Source: Octopus sinensis (Eukaryota). From it: DNA of 64,000 bases. The stretch is taken from NCBI RefSeq assembly GCF_006345805.1, contig NC_043013.1, positions 48,980,001 to 49,044,000 of the forward strand, given 5' to 3'. The translations under genes were made by a program, and so were the position numbers. Shown here piece after piece: positions 50,965-64,000 of this stretch (its first letter is position 1; each line of letters starts with the position of its first letter). Under the pieces are notes generated by a model. That model saw only the letters and a program-made list of their open reading frames with translations. It was not told the origin of the DNA and made no database searches.

Positions 50965-51307
50965 CACACTCATAAAGTGAGTGCGAAGAGAGAGAGAGAG
51001 AGAGAGTGAGAGAGAGAGGGACATTGGGAGAGATGTGTAATGAATTAGATGGAAAAAATACTATTCGAATTATCAAAGATAGAGTAGAAATATTTTCCCC
51101 TGAATGTGAAAAACTCCACAATGTGTTATTCACACGTTCAGGTAATCAATCATCAGGCAGAAGTGAACCTCTGGAATAACACAACGGTTTATAAATGCTT
51201 AAATATATAGCGCAGTGGGAATTATTAGAATCAAATAAACATTTAAGGCTGAATGAACAGGGTTTATTACATTTCAAAATTAATAGAATCTGTTGGATTA
51301 TACAAAT

Positions 51308-51736
51308 ATGTATGTATGAATGTATGTATGTATGTATGTATGTATGCATATATGTATGTATGTATGTATGTAGGATGTATATATGTATGTATTGTATGTA
51401 TGTATGTATGTATGTATATATGTATGTATATATGTATTATGTATGTATGTATATATGTATGTCTGTATGTATGTATGTATGTATGATGTATGTATATATG
51501 TATGTAGTATGTATGTATGTATGTATGTATGTATGTATGTATGTATGTTATATATTATGTAATATGTATGTATGTAGTATGTGTATATGTATGTATGTAG
51601 GTATGTATGTATGTATGTATGTAGTATGTATGTATGTATGTATGTAATGTATATGTATGTATATATGTATGTATGTATGTAGGTATATATGTATGTATAT
51701 GTATGTATGTATGTATGTAGTATATATGTATGTATG

Positions 51737-51770
<34 letters not shown>

Positions 51771-51780
51771 TGTATGTATG
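51308..51780. repeat. (ATGT)n microsatellite
   Basis: Direct reading. Confidence 0.95.
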
Positions 51781-51872
51781 TTAACGATGACCCATATATG
51801 CAACAAAAAGTCCTGAATAAGACGAATCTTTATGTTTTGACACAGGGAAATAGTTAAAATATTTGCAGCCGA

Positions 51873-52104
51873 AAGGCGGTGAGCTGGCAGAACCGTTAGC
51901 ACGCCGGGCGAAATGCGTAGCCGTCTTTCGTCCGCCGTTACGTTCTGAGTTCAAATTCTGCCGAGGTCGACTTTGCCTTTCATCCTTTCGGGGTCGATAA
52001 ATTAAGTACCAGTTACGCACTGGGGTCGATGTAATCGACTTAATCCGTTTGTCTGTTCTTGTTCGTCCCCTCGATGTTTAGCCCCTTGTGGGTAATAAAG
52101 AAAC
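51873..52104 (+). mobile_element. SINE family B, 16-bp TSD
   Basis: AAATATTTGCAGCCGA at 51857-51872 and 52105-52120. Confidence 0.9.
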
Positions 52105-53802
52105 AAATATTTGCAGCCGAGGAAAAATTTCCAGCAGAATTCATATTAGAATTTAAGAAACAAAGATAGAAAAAGTGGTACATAAAAATTTTAAAAACAT
52201 TTTAAAAATATAAAACAATTACAAATGGGTATCACAAATAAATAAATAAGTTTGGATTATTGAAAAGGGAGTGGAAGGGAGTTTGTGTAAGAAAAAAGAA
52301 ATGGTAATACTACAAAAGGAGTTGAGTGGAGCAAGGTAAACTTAGATATGTCGCTTAGCTATATTGATGCATTATAAAACTTTCCGATGTATTACATCCA
52401 TCCACCCAACCATCCATCCATCCACCCATCCATCCATCCACCCATCCACCCACCTACCCATCCATCCATCCATCCATCCATCCATCCATGCATACATACA
52501 TATCTAGCTAGCGAGCTATCAGTCTGTCTATCTAACTATTTATCTATCTATCTAACCAACCCCCGGAGCGCGCGCGCGCACACACACACACTCACACATA
52601 CTCGTATAAATGGAGGTAAAGGCGATTTGAAAGCTTGTATTAGAGAAAGTAGAGAGAATTTAGTATGAAAGACTAGGATCAAAACATTTGTCGAGTGTTA
52701 TTGACCGGATACATTGAAAATAAACAGAATAGATAGAAAGACACAAAATCACAAAAATTACCCTCAAAACCTTCAAAAGAACTGAAACAATTCAAAGTGG
52801 GAACAATACAATAACTTAAAAACTCAATAGTTTAAGAGAAATCATATGTATAACCCACATCATAATCGATGGAAATGTAGGTAAACATTGTAAACGTTAT
52901 GTGACGCTCAGAATAAATCAGCAGATCGCAGATCGAACATGTCCTAAATACCTAGAATAATATTGATTTTAAATTTTGGCACAAGGCCAGCAGTTTCGGA
53001 GGAGAGTGTAAGTTGATTACATCGACCATAATGTTCAACTGGTACTTATTTTATCGACCCTGAAAGATAAAAGTTGTTAAGAATAAATGTCCCTAGGGAC
53101 TTACAAATTAAGCAACTGCTTATTTTCCATTGTGATACTCCAAGAGCAATGGAAGATCTCCAAATCTAGTCTGTCCTTTACACTGAAGTCTAACAAAAAT
53201 GCTATCTTTAAATAGTCGTTTCTTTAAATATTTCTGTCCTCTTATCAAACGTTACTTTGAAAAGAATAACTTCGAACACAAAACACTTATGCTTTTTCTT
53301 TCTTTTTTTTTTTTTTGTCTTTTTTTGAAATGTATTCTTCAGATCTTGAGTTTCACTAAATTTATCCACTTGATGTTTATTTCATTTCACCAAACATTTC
53401 TTCTGATCAAGAAGATGTTTCCGTTCACAAAGTAAATTATATTAGAATTATTTAATTATAGTGATTGATGACGAACATCGATTAGTCAAAGTATTCTGAA
53501 AAAATTACATTATGCAAAAATTTAAAGTTCTGAAGTTGACTGGAAAAAAGTAAACATACGGCTCATTGTAGTTTGGACAAAACTGTATTCAAATATAAAT
53601 ATAGAATAACACAGGAGGTATATGCAGATGGTATTCAAGATTTAATGCAGGTTGATTATGAAATCCTAATTTACTGAGAATTTAAGCTGTTAATAGTGTC
53701 TACATCAGATAGCGAAGAACAGACTCAAATCAAACTGGTTTAGCGAGAGAGAGAGAGATCTTATCGAAAAGTCTTTGTCATATATAAAGGATAGTTTAGA
53801 AC

Positions 53803-54097
53803 CTTGGTTCTCATCCGGGTTTCCTATAAGATTTTTTTAGTGGGGTCCACGGAGGTAATTGAATAAATTGTGGGGGCATGAAAAAAGTGTTGCTATTTAT
53901 CGCAAGAAACAGCAAGGTTTCTCTCGCTGTATTCCATAGCTCAACCTACACAAGTTAATATGTAATGAACAAAATAGTCATTTTGAAAGAAGTATCTATA
54001 AAATTAGTTTTTAAACGTCGAATAGCTATGGGGGTCCGCCAGAACAGAATAGTAACTGAGGGGGTCCATAGATTAAAAAAATGGTTGAGAATCGCAG
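53803..54097. mobile_element. Possible hAT-type non-autonomous element
   Basis: Degenerate GGTTCTCA.CC / GGTTGAGAA termini and internal GGGGTCC repeats; no TSD seen. Related sequence at ~35341-35560. Confidence 0.4.
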
Positions 54098-54532
54098 CCT
54101 TATAGTAAATATCAGAAAACTATGCAAATTTTAAATGGAGTTGAGACACCTGTACGGGTAATGCTACAAAGCTATCAGAAAGTATTAGAGGTTCGTGAGA
54201 AGAAATTTAATCTTTTATATCATTTTTATGAAAATAAAAAATTAACATAGTTATGTATTTAGTTTTTATTTGTTCTTATTTTTATTTGCTTCATAAACTA
54301 AGTATTTTTTTGAAGGAATTGTATTTCCCTTTTGTTCAAAAGATATTTCCATATGTGTAGGAACATCAGAGGCCTACAGCATTTTAAATAAGTATATATA
54401 TTTTTTTCAATAATGAAGAAAAATTCTGCGTAAATTTCTATTTGAAAAGTAGGTGGAATACATTCGTTAGTCGAGATATGTATGTATGTATGTATGCATG
54501 TATGTATGTATGTATGTATCTATCTATCTATA

Positions 54533-54575
<43 letters not shown>

Positions 54576-54614
54576 ATATATATATATATATATCTATATA
54601 TATATATATATATA

Positions 54615-54687
<73 letters not shown>

Positions 54688-54716
54688 AAACACGTGTGTA
54701 CGTCTGTTTGTGCGTG

Positions 54717-54768
<52 letters not shown>

Positions 54769-54900
54769 GCACACACTCACACACACTCTCACACACACAC
54801 ACACACAAATATGTATATATATCAACAATCCAGAGAAAGAGAGGAATACACGGCATCGGAGAAATTATAGCAATGGCTTACAGTTCTCACTTTCGAAGAA

Positions 54901-56269
54901 ATGAATAAGTATTTAATACTTTTTAAAAATCCAGTCGCACACAAACGCACTTGCACACGAACGCGCACTCACACATACATGTATACATACGTTCATTCAT
55001 AATTACATACATACAAGCATACACACATATACACATGCATATATACAAATATATTCCTTATCTCTGTTATTGTTTGTCATTCGATTTCGAGCGTTCTTTG
55101 AGCTAACTCTCTGCTTCTGGACTTCCTCACCCTATTTATCCTATGCTTCTAGTACCAATTTGTGATCCACTAGACATATACTTACATAACGCATGCAACA
55201 CATATGGTTGTTTGTTTGTGTGTATGAGAGAGAAACCGATTCGAAAGGAAAATGGGCTACCGTTTTCGAATGCGTCTCTTTTTGAAATTCTATAAACTAC
55301 TAGGATTAGGGAACGTCACGAAGAATAGACTTGAACAACATCAAGGAATAAGCAGAGAGAAAGGTGATGGAAATATTTGACCTCTACAGAATAACTAAAG
55401 ATTGTATTTCTGTTGTGCACCAGTGATTATCCAAGGCTATGAATTTCGTTCAAAACTAATACAACCACTGTCATATTAACTCTATATTGATCTAACATTA
55501 CATGACCTTTCAGAGAATCTCGATCGGTTATTCTGTTTAATTTTGTGTTTGATCGGGATATTTATGATATTATAATCTAAGAAAGAAAATAAAAGTAAAA
55601 GTTTCAATTTATAAATATTTTCCGTATTATAGATTTACGTTATTCGGGTTATGGCCTTTTAGACTAAATCCTGTAAATATTTATGTATCATGCGTAAATA
55701 TCACAGAACTGAAAGAAAGTAAAAAATCTGCTGAGATTTTCATTTCTACTGCTAAGATAAAAGAAGTAAGATGTCGTTACTGGGATACGTTTACCTTTGA
55801 GGAAGTAAAACCATTTTGTCTGATCGCCTATATTTAATGATGCACGAGAATGATGCATTTATGTTTGTATTGCTAAGACTACATCTGAAGTCAGCAAGTA
55901 TGAGAACATTCGTTTGATTTTTGCTATTGACAACTCTATTTTATTGTGAAGTATTTCTAGTTGAAAATATTTGCGACATGTCGCCTCTATTTTACAGTAA
56001 AATCATGTCATACCTATGAATAAGTTCTACATATATTTAATACTTTTTAAAATCCAGTCGCACACAAACGCACTTGCACACGAACGCGCACTCATACATA
56101 CATGTATATATACGTTCATTCATAATTACATACATACAAGCATACACATATATACACATACATATATACAAACATATTCCTTATCTCTGTTATTGTTTGT
56201 CATTCGATTTCGAGCGTTCTTTGAGCTAACTCTCTGCTTCTGGACTTCCTCACCCTATTTATCCTATGC
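54901..56269. repeat. Direct repeat pair (~245 bp; 54901-55146 and 56016-56269)
   Basis: Near-identical copies about 1.12 kb apart. Confidence 0.85.
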
Positions 56270-57791
56270 AGGAAAAATGTGTCAAAGCCATCAGGAGGCG
56301 TCGATGCTTCCTAGGGCTAATCAGCGGTGGTGTACCCCCCTACTGTCACGTTCGTGTTAGATTGACAGTATATAACCATTCTATCTCCCCACCACCGTAC
56401 ATGTCTCTACGTTCAATTTATTACTCTTCGTCGTTACATATAGCAACAAGGAGTGTTAATTTGAACGCGACATTATTTACGTTCGGGATTTCTATGATGA
56501 TATGGTTCTTGTATATGGTATTGAAACGCCTAGCCTTCTGAGATATATCAGAATGGTATTCTGTTAATCTTCGATTTCCCAAAAGCTTTTGGCTCTGTTC
56601 ACAGAGTTATGATGCAACAAACGCCACAAATTGATGGAATCTTCAAAGAAATAGTTGAGGCAGTCATGATGCTTCTCAAGGCACTGAATTTAAAGTGTGA
56701 CACACAGCTTGTGAGCTGAAACTAGATAAAAAAAAATATAGATATATATTTATATATATTCTTATAAACATATATATGTATATAATATATACATATAATA
56801 ATATAAATAATATATAAATATATGCATATATACATACATATATATGTATAAATACATGCATATATGGGTACAGGACATTAAAAAAATGTTGAACACAAAG
56901 AGAAACGAAAACATCAAAACCAAAACATAGAAAACGAACAACGAAAAAAAATCAGAGAAACGAGAAATGCAACATAAAGAATATTCTCCTTCATCAGTTG
57001 TACCTGTTTCATCTCCGCGTTTCGAAGAAGTAGACTCTATCACTTAGACTCTATCGCTACACATTTGTCACTCCTCTACCTTTTATTCCCCCCCCCATTC
57101 CATCTATATTTATACACTCTAATACCTTTCTCTCTCTCTATCACCCTTTATCTCCCCACTCCTACTTTCAAATTATCTCCACTGATCACTAACTGGTACG
57201 CTTTCCCTTATCTATATATTTGTTTTCTTTTTCTTTTTCTTTCTTTCCTTTATTTCTCTACTGTTTTTTAATTATTTTATTACTTTTAGAGTTACTTTCT
57301 TCTTCTTCTTCCCTCTTTTTCTCTGTTTTCTTTTCTTTTTCTCTTTCTTTATTCCTTTCTTCCTGTTTTCGATTTGACCCTACTAATACACTCCCTATTT
57401 TTAGGTCACTTAAAATAAAACTCTAATTCAATAACACTGTGTATAAACTCTATATTTGGAATGACCTATTTTAAATACTACTAGATTTTACTCATAAGGT
57501 ATTGGAATCTTATATGTATACCATTCTGCCTAAAAAATGGATCTACAAATGCAATATCCCTACATATCTCACATCTATTTTCTTTCCTCCACCTCACTCT
57601 CTATTTTGTATCTTATCTAAATTAAGCATTACTTAACCATCCTCTCACACCGTCTCCGATGAAGGAATATAATAAATATCCTGGAAACAATATATAATAA
57701 ATATCTTGCAAGACCTATCTATAAATGTTCTAAAATCTACACAGCCCTGTGTTTTTTTTTTTATCTCACTACATAAAAATTATATATATAA

Positions 57792-57857
<66 letters not shown>

Positions 57858-58028
57858 TAAGCTACGGAAGTACACACATATATTTGAGAATGGCGACCAA
57901 GGAAGCATACATTTCATTTGACAGTTTCTTCACTTTCAGTATAATTATTTTTTTCGCATTTACATGTCTATTCAGGTCTCTTTTGTTTATTATTATTATT
58001 ATTATATTATTATTATTATTATTATTAT

Positions 58029-58063
<35 letters not shown>

Positions 58064-58086
58064 TTATTTTTTTGTTTTGTTTTCAG

Positions 58087-58162
58087 GTTGATAAGATGAC
58101 AGGATTTCATACTAGGAGTATCCTTTGTAAGCCAATAAGAAATAGTGATTTCGAAATAATAG
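58087..58162 (+). CDS. PDE11A: PDE11A-like exon (76 nt), GAF-B, phase 0/1
   Basis: tttcag|GTT...G|gtaagt. Translates VDKMTGFHTRSILCKPIRNSDFEII(G), matching PDE11A ADQISGFHIRSVLCVPIWNSNHQIIG. The next exon was not found inside the window. Confidence 0.92.
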
Positions 58163-58674
58163 GTAAGTACGAATTTATATTTCTGCAACCATGTACAGAC
58201 TAATACACACGTGTACTTTCAATACATACTTGTGTATACTTATACGCACGCACATACAAATACATGTATGTTGTATTTTATTTCCTAATGCATAGTAAAA
58301 ATGCACTTAGACATTTTTACCTATTTCCACATTTTCCCAATTGCCTTCACAACAATTATGATTAATCATGATTAGAGCAACGTAAAGGATTACCTTTATA
58401 TGTCTTTGCTCAAAATGCAGGCATATCAGCGTTGATTGACTTTGCATAGCAACTTCTACTTCTCTATTGATTAATGTACCTTCTTTATCCCTCCATGTTT
58501 TATTAATAATATTTCCAGCATATTCAGACAACGAGAAAACTTGATATTTAGATATTTTATACGCTGGACATATGTCTAACGGGATGTCTGTAATAAACAC
58601 TGAGTACGTAAGTTAATCTTCTCTTTAGAATTAACCCCATTTATCCTGTTGTACCCATTACATCAGTTACGGAT

Positions 58675-58942
58675 GTTCCTTCTCGAGCCATACCTGGCTC
58701 ATAAGGACCGGTTTCCCGGTTTCCTTGGCGTATATGTTCCCCACCTGGACGGGACACCGGTCCATCACAGGAAAGAGTGAGAGAAAGTTGTAGTGAAAGA
58801 GTCAGCAGAAGTTCACCATTACCTTCTGCGTGGAACTTAGGTGTTTCGTTCATAAACACACACATCGCCCGGTCTGAGATTCGAACCCACGATCCCTCGA
58901 CCGCGAGTCCGCTGCTCTAACCACTAGGCCATGTGCCTCCAC
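58675..58942 (-). mobile_element. SINE family C with ~12-13-bp TSD
   Basis: CAGTTACGGATGT at 58664-58676 and 58942-58954. Confidence 0.85.
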
Positions 58943-59644
58943 AGTTACGGATGTGCAAGTGTGTATATATAACTTACGGTAAATATCAGACCCGTTTTAA
59001 ATTCATAAGTTGCCTCTTTAAGATTAAAATATCCACCCTTTTTGCCTGCTGGAATTGTCTAGCGCTGTTTAGTGAGTTCTTAAATGATTTTAAATTTCTT
59101 TTACTTTTTGTTATTTATTCTATTTCGAGTACCATTTTCAGTCCAAAATCTCTCTGTAATAATGGTGTATTCCAATGAATGATGTTATAAGCTTCTGAAT
59201 TGTGTGTTGATACATGAAACAAAGCATAGAGAGTCTATGAAGCATCTTCAGAACTCTGTAATTCTTGAATATCAATCGATTTGGGATGTTCTATTCCGTT
59301 GCCCATTAATGTTGCTGAGCACAATTTTTCGAGCAATATTCTTGAAGTCGTCTCTGCCGAATTTCTAAAGTGGATGCAATTTTTCAAATTAAATGGTATA
59401 TTTGTTCTTGAATGTTTCGGGTGCCAAGAAGGACATTATAAATATTCTTTTGCGTTTGTAGGTTTCAAGTAGATGTCAGTTTCAATATTCATGTCTCATT
59501 TTTTACTGCAATGTCCAAAACAGCAGGGTTTCTTTTACTATATTTCTTTAGAACTTATCCTTATCCACTTCACTCTGATCTCTTCGACCGGTAATTTCCT
59601 ATAAGCAAATATATATATATATATAGATATATATATATATATAT

Positions 59645-59685
<41 letters not shown>

Positions 59686-59699
59686 GAGATAGAGAGATT

Positions 59700-59779
<80 letters not shown>

Positions 59780-60599
59780 TTCTGCGATTCAATAAATATA
59801 GGTCGACAGAAAAAATATCGGGGACATATTTTCAGTCTCTGAAAATCTCTTTGATTTGCTTGTGAAATAAGTATAATTTACGTTGTAAAAGTTTTATTTA
59901 TGTGGTTAAAATCAATAGTCGTAACGAAGTGACACAGTACAATTGAAACTTTTGAGCAACAAATTGACTATATATTGGCAGCAAATACTAGAGTTTCTAC
60001 TAAGAGAATATTTTAAATTCATGCGTGACAAAACAAAATCACTGAAATCCCACATCTGCCCAATTTAGCTTCCTCCTTAGAAAACTACATGCGAAATCAA
60101 ATACAGAAAAGTGACTAAAATATGTTTATGAAAAACTACAATCTACGATTGAAGAATCTATAATACCATATCAAACTAGTACATTCACTAAGAACTAAGT
60201 GACCAAGATATTGCGTTGCTATAATTCACGCACTCGAACACAAGCAGAGATAATCATGTACACACATATATATACAACAAGCACGCAAGCGAGTAATCTA
60301 ATTTCCATACCTTTAGCTTTTTTGACAACTTATTGTTCATACACATTGAATTAATACTGCCTGTCTTTTGGTTTACACCGACTCACGTGACATTAAACGT
60401 GCACATAATGCAGAATTGTTATTCATACATGATACATTCACTGGAGTACCACAGTATAACTTTTGGCGTAATTATTATTCATATATTCACGTGACCCCAA
60501 CACACTACCATCTCGAAGAAGTAATCAAATTCGACGGTGGATTACGTGACCATCTTAACCGATCAAAATTGTGTTCATTTAAGTGATATCTTAAAAAGA

Positions 60600-60642
60600 G
60601 CCTACATACGCACAAACATACACACACATATGTATATACATG

Positions 60643-60678
<36 letters not shown>

Positions 60679-61150
60679 GTATATATATTATATATATATA
60701 TATATATATTTATAGATATACATATATATAATGTATTAATATATATATTACATATATATAATGTATATATTATATATATATACATATATATATACATGTA
60801 TATATATATGTATATATATACATATATATATATGTATATATATACACATATATATATGTATATATATACATATATATGTATATATATCTACATATATATA
60901 CATGTATATATATATATTTATATATATACTATATATTATATATGTATAAATATATATACATATATATCAGATATATATGTATATATATATATATATACAT
61001 ATATATACATATATATATATACATATATATATATGTATATATATACATATATACATATATACATACATACATACTACATATATATAATATATATATATAT
61101 AATTATATATATATAATATATATATATATATATGCATACACACACACATA
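60600..61150. repeat. (TA)n/(TACA)n low-complexity tract (many similar tracts occur elsewhere in the window)
   Basis: Direct reading. Confidence 0.9.
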
Positions 61151-61151
61151 A

Positions 61152-62200
61152 TTCCTGGATGCTGCTGTTGTATGAAGTTTATGAAGTTTTGCCGTTGAAA
61201 GTTCGAAATAAGGAATAATTAACAGTCGACAACTGAGGAGGTGTTAGACTTCTTTTGATATTTTGTCTCTCATTATGTGTCTACGCATTTTTCACTCACA
61301 GGTCATAACTGTTCTTGTATATTTTAGGGTAATTATCGCTCGTTTGTCTCCTTAATTTTACTCGTTGGTAATGTCCAGTATTTCATGTATTTTATATATA
61401 TTTATTTATAATCGAACGCCACGCAGCCTTGTCGACAATAAGTTTTTATTTTTATTTATAATTTCTGCGACTCTACTTTCTGTTCCCTTTCATTTTCTTT
61501 CTTTCTATCTACAATCCTCTTTATTTTCTGTTTCTCCCTCTCCCTTTTTGCTGTCCCCTGTCTATCTTTCTTTCACCCCTTACTAGCTTTCGTTCCTTCT
61601 CTTTTCTCCCCACTCCCTTTGTTACTTTCCCTTATCTCTTGTCTCCATTCTTCTCTGTCTGTTTGTTCCCACAAGACTATAGGTCTTTTTTCTCACCTCT
61701 GTCTTTTCTGGACGCAATGCATACTTAACTGGTCGTCATTTCTTCTCGCCTCCCAACATTTTCTCTTCTACTATTTTCTTCTCCTCTATTTATCCTATAT
61801 CGTTTCAAAATTTCTCCCAGGCGTTACCCTTTACAATGCGTCTTGGCATAACGGCCTTTAATGTTTGTCTTCGTCGATTGTTTAATCTGTACGTCCACTC
61901 TGTCGTTGTTTGTTCGTTCGAAGCTCAAACTCTACACAAATTTTATGTTTTAAAAATTTCTAGATGCTGCTATTTAATGAAGTTTTCCTATATTGTCGTT
62001 GAAAGCTCAAAATAGGGAGTAATTAACGGTCAACAACTGAGGAGCGGTTAGACTCCTTTTGGTATTTTGTCCCGTACTTGTCTCTCATTATGTGTTTACT
62101 TATTTTTCACTCGTTGGTAATGTCCTGTTCTTACTGTATATTTTTTTGGTAATTTGTCCTGTATATATCGCTCGTATGTCTACGTATTTTCACTCGTTGA
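61152..62200. repeat. Diverged direct repeat pair (~200 bp, ~800-bp period)
   Basis: GATGCTGCT...GTTGAAAG...ACAACTGAGGAG..GTTAGACT.CTTTTG...TTGTCTCTCATTATGTGT at ~61158 and ~61964. Confidence 0.7.
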
Positions 62201-62216
62201 TGTCCCGTACTTGATG

Positions 62217-62323
<107 letters not shown>

Positions 62324-62451
62324 ATAGATAGATAGATACATAGATAGATAGATATATACATATATATAAGTTAAAATCAAGGATAAAATCTATATAGGCT
62401 TTTATCAAGTAATTAGCATGTAAAAACCGATTAAAGTAAAAATTAATACAA

Positions 62452-62880
62452 GGTATATAATTTTATAAATATAATTATTAAATTATAATAAGGGCAACTA
62501 CGAAATAATGCCACATGCGATAAGACGCTAAATGGCCCTAAACTACTTTATCTATCACATAGACACGCGCTGAAAGATTTTTTGAAATAGTTTATCCATA
62601 TATCGATCGATTTCCGGTTTAGTGACGTAATACCATTCTACCACCATCAGTATGACATAACCAAAAATACACATAACCATACGAACACAACGTATCCACG
62701 GTGCATGTATAAATGTTCGCAATTATATACAAGTTAAAAATGCTAGTTCGTTCATCTCAGCCACGTTCATCTCAACCAACATAATTCAGCAGTGAATAAA
62801 TTTGGTCTTCTCGCTTGTGGCATTACTTGGTAGTTGCCCTTATTATAATTTTATAATTATATTTATGAAATTATATAATT
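62452..62880. mobile_element. MITE-like element with ~65-bp terminal inverted repeats
   Basis: TTATAATAAGGGCAACTAC..TAATGCCAC arm near 62485-62520 and its reverse complement at 62811-62850, extending into AT-rich matches. Confidence 0.6.
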
Positions 62881-63558
62881 TGTGAGTGTGTATATATATA
62901 TATATATACGCACACACACACACAATCATACACACATATTAAAAGACAACACATATTCGTGAAGGCTTGTTCGTGGGCATACCGTTGCATACATTTTTGT
63001 ATACACAAATCTACACACATGCTCATGCATAGACTTTCAATCTATTCACACACTCTGACAAGAGTATTCCCAGTCGTACTCGTAAAGTGTACGCTACCCA
63101 GTTTGCGCATTGCAGTCTGCGCATTGCAATTTTGAATCTGTATGTATAGATACTCTGTAAACACACGTCGCCGTATGGGTTTGCAATCTCTATATCTCGG
63201 ACGCCTACATATGGATGCAAGCAGAACTATTCGCATTTTCGCTTTCACCGTTAATCAATCTAGACAAATGTCATAGTATTATCCGGAAATATGTCTCACC
63301 TATATTGTAAAATAAAATAAATTTCAGTGAACTAATTACAATCAGATTTCCAAAAGGGTAGATTGTATAGAAATGATTTGATATTGCTTAGAAGGTTGCG
63401 TTGTAAATTCTCCAGGAAAATGCTGCTGGTTTGGTAAACAATATTTCATTAGCGTTACAGCAGAGTTTATAATATATTTCAAGTGTCGTGGGACACGATA
63501 GTCTCACATACGGGTGGAAGAACATATTTTATTAATCCATGTGCAAGAGGAAATAATG

Positions 63559-63589
<31 letters not shown>

Positions 63590-64000
63590 GTGAGATAGAG
63601 AGTCAGCGAAATAGAGAGTCGCGACTGCGTAGCTTCTATAATTCAGTCATTACACTTTGGCACCGGCTTGAATATTTTAGTCGAAAGGCAGTACTTCTTT
63701 TCTTGAAGCCTGATACTTATTCTATCGATCTCTTTTGCCGCACTGCTAGCTTACGGAGACGCAAACACACCAACACTGGTTATCAAGCAGTGGTGTGGAG
63801 ACAAACAGAGAGAAAGACACACACTTAGATATATATGAATAGGCGCAGGAATAGCTGTGGTTGGCTCGAGTCTATAGTACAAGACACTTGCCCAAGGTGC
63901 CACGTACATTTAAACAACCAACCGTTCCTCCTGGGGCACAACTGATTGTATCTTTACTGTCAGACAATTTACAAGAGAAGTGCACTGAACAGAACCTTGC

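Noticed and set aside
56985-57015. GAAAC-AG-GTA-CAA-CTGATGA on the minus strand (type II HHR order); also near 18605-18630
   Set aside because: Helix I cannot form (3 nt) and helix II does not close.
57656-57690. CCGATGA-AGGA...TCC..GAAAC motif
   Set aside because: U4C substitution and no helix I or III; decayed terminal repeat at best.

Overview
AT-rich, microsatellite-dense animal genomic DNA. The SINE and repeat landscape matches what I recall of Octopus; that attribution is an inference, not a search result. The only host gene I can support is a PDE11A-like cAMP/cGMP phosphodiesterase on the + strand. Four small GT-AG exons (3676-3813, 31650-31711, 46219-46327, 58087-58162) splice in frame to give most of the GAF-B domain and are separated by introns of about 27.8, 14.5 and 11.8 kb. 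Everything else is intronic: at least six tRNA-derived SINE types (several with clear TSDs), Penelope-like (GIY-YIG) elements, R4/Dong-, RTE- and L1/Tx1-type LINE remnants, mariner remnants, MITE-like inverted repeats and long simple repeats. Almost all ORFs in the supplied track are microsatellite artefacts. The most notable signal is a dense set of type I hammerhead ribozyme (HHR) motifs. (1) A retrozyme-like tandem (9832-10433) carries two identical, fully canonical HHRs exactly 351 nt apart and predicts a 351-nt self-excising, possibly circular RNA. (2) A canonical HHR terminates a Penelope element (38002-38090). (3) A ~350-bp palindrome carries an HHR on each strand. (4) One motif has a compensatory U3-A8 core. 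(5) One repeat family has an A6U core. (6) A tRNA head is fused to an HHR module. The intact HHRs are all antisense to the host gene; sense-strand copies are either core-mutated or locked in long inverted repeats. All folds were read by eye and none has been tested.
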